Of a stretch of DNA of 64,000 nucleotides, positions 57,634 through 64,000 are shown one piece after another. The notes below the pieces were generated by a model. The model was not told the origin of the DNA and searched no databases. It saw only the letters and a list, made by a program, of their open reading frames with translations. Each line of letters starts with the position of its first letter. Positions within the stretch are counted from its first letter, which is position 1. The translations under genes and the position numbers were made by a program. Source of the DNA: an uncultured Phycisphaerales bacterium (lineage in GTDB: Bacteria; Planctomycetota; B15-G4); contig CAZBBB010000001.1 in NCBI GenBank assembly GCA_964490005.1, positions 19,558-83,557 on the forward strand, in the 5' to 3' direction.

Positions 57634-60600
57634 TCAGCCGCCTTCGGTGACGACTTCGACGGGCGCGATCCGCTCGAGTTCGTCCTTCACGACCGCGGCG
57701 TCGCCGACGACGACGATGAGCAGCCGCTCGGGGTCGAGCAGGTCGGCGGCCGTCTCGCTCACGTCCTGCGCCCGCGTCGACGCGATGCGCTTGAGGTAGC
57801 CGTCCCACCAGTCTTCGGGCAGGCCCTCGAGCCGCAGCGACCACAGCCGCGAGGCCACGGCCTGCGGCGTCTCGAGCGAGCCCGCGAAGGAACCCGTGAT
57901 GTAGCTCACCGCGTCGCCCAGCTCCTTGGCCGAGGGCGGTTCGTCGCGCATGCGCGCGACCTCGTCGATGACGGCCTGCACCGTCTCGGCGGTGGTGGGC
58001 GTCTTCGTGAAGGTGCGCACGCGGAACTCCCCGCCGAAGCGATCGGAGGACAGCCCGCCGCTCGCGCCGTAGGTCAGGCCCTTCTGCACGCGGAGGACGT
58101 CGTTGAGCCGGCTGCTGAAGGAGCCGCCGAAGATCTGGCTGAGCACGACGCCCGGCGCGTAGCGCGCGTGCCGGCGCGTGATGCCCTCGTGCCCGGCGAT
58201 GATCTCGCTCTGGATCGCGCCCGGCTTGTCGACGAGCACGATGCGGCGCGCGCCCGGCGCGACAAGCGGCGGCAGGGGGACGTCGACGGCCTCGCCCTCG
58301 ACCTCCCAGTTCGCGATGGTGCGCGCGGCGAGGGCCTCGGCCTCGTCGATCGACACGTCGCCCGCGACGTACAGCACGGCCTGCTCGGGACGCACGAAGC
58401 GCTCCCACCAGTCGCGCAGGACGTCGGGGTCGAGCCGCTTGATGTCCTCGCTGGTGCCGTCCGCCGGGCGCCCGTAGGGATGCTCGCCCCACAGGGCGCG
58501 CGCGAAGGCGCGGGCGGCCATGGCGGCCGGCGACTTCTCCTCGATGGCCTTGCCGGTGGCCGTCTGGTCGCGCAGCGTGGCGAACTCCTTGTCGTCGAAG
58601 CGCGGCACGGCCACGACCTCGGCGAGCAGCTTGATGGCGCGCTCGAGATCCTCGGTGAGGCAGCTCGCCGACACGCTGGCCGAGTCGTGGTCGGCGCCGG
58701 CCGAGAGCGAGATGCCGTTGCGTTCGAGTTCGAGCGCGAGCGCCTCGGCGTCGCGCACCATCGTGCCGCGCGTGATCATCGAGGTCGCCATCGAGGCCGT
58801 GCCCGGCCGCGCGGGGTCCTCGGTGAAGGAGCCGACCGGCAGTTGCAGCGAGAGCGAGACGAAGGGCAGCTCGCGGTTCTCGACGACGACGAGCTGCAGG
58901 CCGTTGTCGAGCACGCGCGACTCCGACGCGAGGCGCACGCCGCCGGCGAGCGCCGGCGCGACCGGCGGCGCGTCGGGGTAGCCCGGCGGGGGGCTGGCTT
59001 CGGCCTTGGGGCCCGTGGCGCGCGCGCGCCGGCCGCGCTCGAGCTCCTCGGCGGGCGCGGCGTCCTCCTTCGCCTCGGCGGCGTCGCCGCCCAGCGCGAG
59101 CACCGAGCGGAACATGCTCCCCAGGCCCGGCTTGATCGTGACCTCGGTGAGGCGCTCGGGCACGAGGTAGGTCTGCGCCACGCGCTGCAGGTCGGCCGTC
59201 GTGATCGCGCTCATCTGCGCGATGCGCTCGTTGGCGAGCTGCGTGTCGCCCCACAGCGTGGCGGCCTGCCCCAGCGCGCTGGCCTTGCTCTCGATCGTGA
59301 GCCCGGCCGTGACGTCGGCGCGGATCATCTGCTTGCGCACCTTGGCCAGCTCGTCCTCCGTGACGCCGGCCTCGCGCACGAGCGCGACCTGCTCGTGCAG
59401 CGCGGCGAGCACCTTGCCGGTGTCGCCGAAGGGCATCGTGAGGCCCACGAGCGCGGCGAAGCCGGCCTGCTCGAGGCCGATGTACAGGCCCATGCCGGCG
59501 ACGGCGATCTCCTTGCGGCGCACCAGGTCGACGTAGACGCGGCTGCTCTCGCCGCCGCCGAGGATCGACATGAGCAGCTCGAGCGGCAGCGCGTCGGCGT
59601 GGCCCTCGGGCACGGCGCGGAAGGCCAGGCCGGCGATCGGCACCGGGCCGTTCTCGGGTTCGATGACCAGCGTGCGCGGGGCGGTCTGCGGCGGCTCGAC
59701 GACGGTCACGCGCGGCGGCTCGGCGCAGCGCGGGATCCAGCCGAAGCACTTCTCGGCCAGCGCGCGCACCTGCGCGTGCTGCACGTCGCCCACGACCACG
59801 AGCGTGGCGTTGTTCGGCACGTAGTAGGTGTCCCAGAACTTCTGGATGTCGTCGGGCGTCGCGGCGCGCAGGTGCTCGATCTGGCCGATCGGCGACCAGC
59901 GGTAGGGGTGCACCGTGAACAGGTTGGCGAGCAGCTTCTCGGCCACGTCGCCGTAGGGCTGGTTGAGGCCCAGGCGGCGCTCCTCCTCGACGACGGCGCG
60001 CTCGGTGGCGAAGCCGCCCTCGTCGATGACCAGCGCCGACATGCGCTCGGCCTCCAGCCACAGCACCATCTCGAGCTGGTTGGCCGGCAGCTCCTGCACG
60101 TACACGGTCTGGTCGAAGGACGTGTAGGCGTTGCAGTCGCCGCCGGTGCGGCGCACGTAGTCGAAGTGGTCCTTCGGCCCGAGGCGATCGGTGCCGCGGA
60201 ACATCATGTGCTCGAACATGTGCGCGAAACCCTGCCGGTCGGGCTGCTCGTCCTTGCTGCCGACGTGGTACCAGAGCTGCACGGCCACGATCGGCGTGCT
60301 GTGGTCCTCGAGCGAGACCACGCGCAGGCCGTTGTCGAGCACGACCTCTTCGAAGGGCAGCCGGCCCGTGCCGCGGCGCACCGCCCGCGCGCCGACGGCG
60401 GGCGCGGCGTCGGCGACGGCGCTCTGCAAGGTCACGCTCGTCGCGGGCGCGGCGGGCGCGGTCGGGGAGGCGGGCGCCGTCGCTGCGGCGGGTGCAGCGG
60501 GCTCCGCGGCCTCGCTCGGCGCGGCGGGTTCCGCCGGCACGACGGCGACCGAGCGCGCGCGCACCACCGGCACGCGCCCGGAGGCGCAGCCGCCGGAGAG

Positions 60601-60657
60601 CGCGAGCACGCTCAGGAACAGCGCGGCGCAGGACAGCGACGGACGGAGCGACGGCAT
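57634..60657 (-). CDS. M16-family zinc peptidase, lipoprotein, fused two-module type
   Basis: ATG 60657; lipobox ALSGG-C; Pro/Ala linker; GFAHMFEHMMF, NAYTSFD and LRVQKGLTYG. Confidence 0.9.
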   Translation of the reverse strand: MPSLRPSLSCAALFLSVLALSGGCASGRVPVVRARSVAVVPAEPAAPSEAAEPAAPAAATAPASPTAPAAPATSVTLQSAVADAAPAVGARAVRRGTGRLPFEEVVLDNGLRVVSLEDHSTPIVAVQLWYHVGSKDEQPDRQGFAHMFEHMMFRGTDRLGPKDHFDYVRRTGGDCNAYTSFDQTVYVQELPANQLEMVLWLEAERMSALVIDEGGFATERAVVEEERRLGLNQPYGDVAEKLLANLFTVHPYRWSPIGQIEHLRAATPDDIQKFWDTYYVPNNATLVVVGDVQHAQVRALAEKCFGWIPRCAEPPRVTVVEPPQTAPRTLVIEPENGPVPIAGLAFRAVPEGHADALPLELLMSILGGGESSRVYVDLVRRKEIAVAGMGLYIGLEQAGFAALVGLTMPFGDTGKVLAALHEQVALVREAGVTEDELAKVRKQMIRADVTAGLTIESKASALGQAATLWGDTQLANERIAQMSAITTADLQRVAQTYLVPERLTEVTIKPGLGSMFRSVLALGGDAAEAKEDAAPAEELERGRRARATGPKAEASPPPGYPDAPPVAPALAGGVRLASESRVLDNGLQLVVVENRELPFVSLSLQLPVGSFTEDPARPGTASMATSMITRGTMVRDAEALALELERNGISLSAGADHDSASVSASCLTEDLERAIKLLAEVVAVPRFDDKEFATLRDQTATGKAIEEKSPAAMAARAFARALWGEHPYGRPADGTSEDIKRLDPDVLRDWWERFVRPEQAVLYVAGDVSIDEAEALAARTIANWEVEGEAVDVPLPPLVAPGARRIVLVDKPGAIQSEIIAGHEGITRRHARYAPGVVLSQIFGGSFSSRLNDVLRVQKGLTYGASGGLSSDRFGGEFRVRTFTKTPTTAETVQAVIDEVARMRDEPPSAKELGDAVSYITGSFAGSLETPQAVASRLWSLRLEGLPEDWWDGYLKRIASTRAQDVSETAADLLDPERLLIVVVGDAAVVKDELERIAPVEVVTEGG

Positions 60658-60757
60658 GGCAGGCCTCCGGGATCGGCGGGACGGCACGCGCACGGCGCGC
60701 GCCCGGCGCGCGCCGGCAGCGCACGCACGCGACGCGGCGCGCCCCGCGCATGGCGAC

Positions 60758-60833
<76 letters not shown>

Positions 60834-60851
60834 ACGGCGAGCGGCGGATTG

Positions 60852-61061
60852 TCACCGTTTGCCGGCCGGCGGATCAAGAACGGCGCTCGCGCGCAGCTCC
60901 TCGGCCCAGCCGCGGCGCAGGGCCTCGCTGCCGTCGACGACGACGCGTTCGCGCGGCGCGGGCAGTCCCGCGACGAGCAGCAGCCCGAGCAGCGCAGCGC
61001 CGACGATCAGGAAAGGCAGCTCGGCGGGTGCGGCGAAACGTCTCGGCGTGCCGGGGTTCAT
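60852..61061 (-). CDS. Small single-TM hypothetical protein (69 aa)
   Basis: ATG 61061 MNPGTPRRFAAPAELPFLIVGAALLGLLLVAGLP...; GGAGG upstream; lies between two tRNAs. Confidence 0.45.
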   Translation of the reverse strand: MNPGTPRRFAAPAELPFLIVGAALLGLLLVAGLPAPRERVVVDGSEALRRGWAEELRASAVLDPPAGKR

Positions 61062-61150
61062 CGTGTGGCCTCCGGCAGCCAGCATCGGCGCGCGCGCGCC
61101 GCGCGCTTGAGTCGCGAGCCGTCGACGCGCGCCGAACGCGCGGGACGGCA

Positions 61151-61228
61151 TGGGGTGAGTGAGGGGAATCGAACCCCCGACCTCTAGTGCCACAGACTAG
61201 CGCTCTAACCGACTGAGCTACACTCACC
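61151..61228 (-). tRNA. tRNA-His (GUG) with genomically encoded G-1
   Basis: G-GTGAGTG/CACTCAC-C-CCA acceptor, CTAGT-CT-GTG-GC-ACTAG anticodon arm, TTCGATT loop. Confidence 0.96.
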
Positions 61229-61336
61229 AACCGGTCGCCGGCCGGCCCCGCGATGCGGGTCGGCGAGCGCACGAGGGGGCGCAGGTTAGCGGGCCTGCGC
61301 GCGCCGGGCAAGCGCCGCCGCGCCGCGCGCCGACGC

Positions 61337-62740
61337 TCAGGGGACGAGCTGCCCGTCGACCAGCGACAGCCCGTGCCGCGCGAGCAATTCGGCGATCCAC
61401 GGGTAGCGGCGCACGGCGCGCGTGAGGTTGGCGCGCATGCCCGCGTCGATGTCCTGCAGCGCCGCGCGCGCGGCCGGCACGTCGCCGCGCAGCAGCGCGA
61501 GCAGCGCCCGCTGCGTCTCGAGTTCCCCGGCGTACGTGAAGCCGGCGGTCGCGGCCTGCAGGTTCTCCTCGGCGAAGCGCGCGTACAGCCCGTAGCGACC
61601 GGTGATGAGCGCGAAGCCGACGTAGCCGCGCGCCAGCTGCGCCCGCGTGCGCTGTTCGAGCGCCGCGTCGGCGCCCAGCGCGGCCAGGCCTTCCTCGAGC
61701 GGCGGGCCCTGGCCGCGGCGTCCGGTGGCGGGAAACAGGCCGAGGTCCTCGATCGCGTCGGCCACGGTGATCGCCATCAGGCGCTGGCCCTTGAGATTCG
61801 GGTGACAGTGGTCGGCGAGCAGGTCGAAGCCGGGGATGCCGCGCGTGCTGGCCGCGTCGAAGGCCAGATCGACGCGCACGGGCAGGCGCGCCTCCTCCAG
61901 CAGCACGTCGAGCAGGCGCCGCGTGGCGCGGTGCGGGAACAGGTCGGTGTCGCGCGCCTGCTCCAAGGCCGCGCGCGCGGCGGCGGCGTCGCCGGCCTGC
62001 AGCAACGCCTGCCCGCGGGCGAAGGCGGCGTCGGCGTCCTCGGCGAGCCTGTGGTCGGCGCCGATCAGCGGCGGGAGGTCGGCCAGGTTGCTCACGGGCA
62101 GCGTCGTCAGCAGCGGCACGCCGCGCTCGCTCGCCAGCTCGTGCATGGCGCGCACGTGCCCGCGGAAGGCGCGCGCGATCGCCTCGTGGTCGAAGTCGTG
62201 CTCGGGCGTGGGCAGGCGCTCGCCGCCGGCGGTCTGCACGCGCAGCAGCGCCTGCACGCGCCAGCCGAGCTGCAGCGCGTGCCACCAGTGCGGGTCGAGC
62301 AGGCGGCCGGCTTCCAGATACTCGTTGTGTCCGGTCGTGAGCACGATCGCGTCGGGCGACAGCTCGAAGACGTGCGGCAGCAGACGCTCGAAGGCCTCGG
62401 CCGCGAGCCCGGGGCCGGCGAGCGGCAGCACCTCGACGTCGGCGCCGCGCCAGCGCAGCACGAGCGCCAGCCACGCGGGCGGCGAGACGCGCGCGTCGTA
62501 GGGGACGCCGGCGACGGTCGAGGCGCCGATCCAGACGATGCGCGGCCGGGTCGGCACGCGGTCGACCTCGAAGTCGAGCAGTCCGTCCCAGCCCTCGCTG
62601 CGGCGCACGCGTCCGTCGCCGAGGTCCTCGAGCAGCGCCGGCGAGCGCACCCAGGGCGTGCGCAGCACGCCTTCGATCGCGGCCAGCAGCCCCAGGCTGG
62701 TGACGAGGGCGACGAGTGCGCGGCGCCCCCGGCGGCTCAC
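61337..62740 (-). CDS. SGNH-like hydrolase with a TPR-like helical insertion and tail, membrane-anchored
   Basis: TM anchor; WIGASTVAG (block I), TTGHNEY (block III) and ADHCHPN (block V). GTGA overlap with the ACAD gene. Confidence 0.65.
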   Translation of the reverse strand: MSRRGRRALVALVTSLGLLAAIEGVLRTPWVRSPALLEDLGDGRVRRSEGWDGLLDFEVDRVPTRPRIVWIGASTVAGVPYDARVSPPAWLALVLRWRGADVEVLPLAGPGLAAEAFERLLPHVFELSPDAIVLTTGHNEYLEAGRLLDPHWWHALQLGWRVQALLRVQTAGGERLPTPEHDFDHEAIARAFRGHVRAMHELASERGVPLLTTLPVSNLADLPPLIGADHRLAEDADAAFARGQALLQAGDAAAARAALEQARDTDLFPHRATRRLLDVLLEEARLPVRVDLAFDAASTRGIPGFDLLADHCHPNLKGQRLMAITVADAIEDLGLFPATGRRGQGPPLEEGLAALGADAALEQRTRAQLARGYVGFALITGRYGLYARFAEENLQAATAGFTYAGELETQRALLALLRGDVPAARAALQDIDAGMRANLTRAVRRYPWIAELLARHGLSLVDGQLVP

Positions 62741-63924
62741 GGCCGACCGAGCAGCGCGCGCGCGACGATCAGCCGGTGGATGTGGCTCGTGCCCTCGTAG
62801 ATGCGCAGGCCGGCGATGTCGCGATAGTGGCGCTCGACCGGCTGGCCGTCGCCGTAGCCGCGATTGCCCAGCAGCAGCAGCGCGCGGTCGGCCACGCGCT
62901 GCGCCATCTCCGTCGCGAAGAGCTTGGCCGAGCTTGTCAGGCGCGTGAGCCGCGCACGCGCCGCGCGGTCGGCGGCGGCGCCCGACGCGTGCAGCTCGTC
63001 GGCCGCGCGTGCCGCCGAGGCCACGAGGGCCGCGGCCGCTTCGATCTCGACGCTCATGTCGGCCAGGTCAGCCTGCACCATCTGGAAGTCGCCGATGCGC
63101 CGGCCGAATTGCCGACGCGTGCGGGCGTGCTGCAGGGCCGCGTCGAGGCAGGCGCGCGCCAGCCCGACCGCTCCCGCCGCCACGCCGAGCCGACCGTGGT
63201 CGAGGCCGCCCATGGCGACGGCGAAGCCCGCGCCGACGGCGCCCACCCGCTGGCCGTCGGGGACGCGCACGCCCGAGAGGCGCAGCCGGGCGTGGTTGGC
63301 GGCGCGGTGCCCGAGCGGGTGCACGCCGAGTTCCTCGGCCTGCAGCCCGGCCACCGGCCGCTCGAGCACGAAGCAGCTCAGGCCCTCCTTGCCCTCGCCC
63401 GGGCCGGTGCGCGCGAACAGCAGCGTCAGGTCGGCGATGCCGCCGTTGGTGATCCAGGTCTTGGAGCCGTCGAGCACCCAGTGCTCGCCGTCGCGGCGCG
63501 CGGTCGTGGCGAGCGCGGCCACGTCGCTGCCGGCCTCGCTCTCGGTGAGCGCGTAGCAGCCGATCCACTCGCCCGAGATCAGGCGCGGCAGCCAGCGACG
63601 GCGCTGTTCGGGCGTGGCGTGATCGGCCAGGCACTGGCTCACCAGGCCCGCGTGCACCGTGAGGAAGCCGCGCACCGAGGCGCAGGCGCGGCCCAGCTCC
63701 TCGTAGACGGCGATGAAGGACTCGTTGTCGAGCCCCTGTCCGCCGACCTCGGTGGGCAGCGGCCCGCCGAGGAAACCCAGCTCGCCGAGCCGCTGCACGA
63801 CCGAGCGCGGCATGGCGCCGGCGCGGTCCCAGGCGCCGGCGTGCGGGACGATCTCCTGCTCGGCGAAGTGCCGCGCGCGCTCGCGCAGCGCGGCGCGTGC
63901 GGCGGCGCGCGCGTCCTCGCTCAC
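62737..63924 (-). CDS. Acyl-CoA dehydrogenase
   Basis: GCYALTESEAGSD, LDGSKTWITNG, LDHGRLGVAA, RRQFGRRIGDFQMVQ, SSAKLFA and LRIYEGTSHI. Confidence 0.95.
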   Translation of the reverse strand: MSEDARAAARAALRERARHFAEQEIVPHAGAWDRAGAMPRSVVQRLGELGFLGGPLPTEVGGQGLDNESFIAVYEELGRACASVRGFLTVHAGLVSQCLADHATPEQRRRWLPRLISGEWIGCYALTESEAGSDVAALATTARRDGEHWVLDGSKTWITNGGIADLTLLFARTGPGEGKEGLSCFVLERPVAGLQAEELGVHPLGHRAANHARLRLSGVRVPDGQRVGAVGAGFAVAMGGLDHGRLGVAAGAVGLARACLDAALQHARTRRQFGRRIGDFQMVQADLADMSVEIEAAAALVASAARAADELHASGAAADRAARARLTRLTSSAKLFATEMAQRVADRALLLLGNRGYGDGQPVERHYRDIAGLRIYEGTSHIHRLIVARALLGRP

Positions 63925-64000
63925 GCGCGGTGCTCCCGCTCGGCAATCGCCAGGCGCGCGAGCGGCTCGCCGCGCACGAGGACCGTCTGCACGAGTTCGT
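63921..64000 (-). CDS. C-terminal fragment of an upstream gene that continues beyond the window
   Basis: ...ELVQTVLVRRGEPLARLAIAEREHRA*; its stop overlaps the ACAD GTG (GTGA). Confidence 0.5.
   Translation of the reverse strand, partial: ELVQTVLVRGEPLARLAIAEREHRA

Noticed and set aside
60430-60550. Repetitive GC-rich DNA as a tandem repeat or CRISPR array
   Set aside because: It encodes the Pro/Ala linker of the M16 peptidase. No regularly spaced repeat-spacer array was seen anywhere in the window.

Overview
A very GC-rich (by eye >70%, not computed), gene-dense bacterial chromosome segment with about 45 CDS and 3 tRNAs (Leu-UAG, Lys-CUU, His-GUG). I found no IS element, prophage, CRISPR array or rRNA. 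The repertoire suggests Planctomycetota or a related PVC/FCB-type lineage: an alpha2-type GlyRS, a CRTAC1/FG-GAP plus TPR pair, repeated carboxypeptidase-regulatory-like surface proteins and many lipoproteins. That taxonomy is inference only. Housekeeping genes include glyQS, PTS enzyme I, xerC, pabB/pabC, ispA, dxs, rpmH, a RluA-family synthase, a YgiQ radical SAM protein, ltaE, a 2Fe-2S ferredoxin, a mitochondrial-type aconitase, two M16 peptidases and an acyl-CoA dehydrogenase. The best candidate for an undescribed system is a tightly coupled 8-gene minus-strand operon (26696-33763). It encodes a GlmL/MutL-like actin-fold ATPase with no B12 mutase nearby, a barrel-sandwich/swivel/KOW-like soluble protein, and four membrane proteins (one DUF6754-like), which together look like an ATPase-driven membrane complex of unknown function. 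Other highlights: (1) an unnamed ~100-aa beta-rich domain with a ...Q...SN motif shared by two duplicated secreted serine hydrolases and a 1074-aa secreted beta-propeller protein; (2) a DUF2062/coiled-coil/beta-jellyroll-like block coupled to ispA-dxs; (3) repeated TANNNT boxes 6-11 nt before start codons, suggesting leaderless mRNAs; (4) real genes missing from the ORF track (bL34, a 54-aa membrane protein, a truncated SGNH protein). Family names come from motif recognition and memory; no database search was run.
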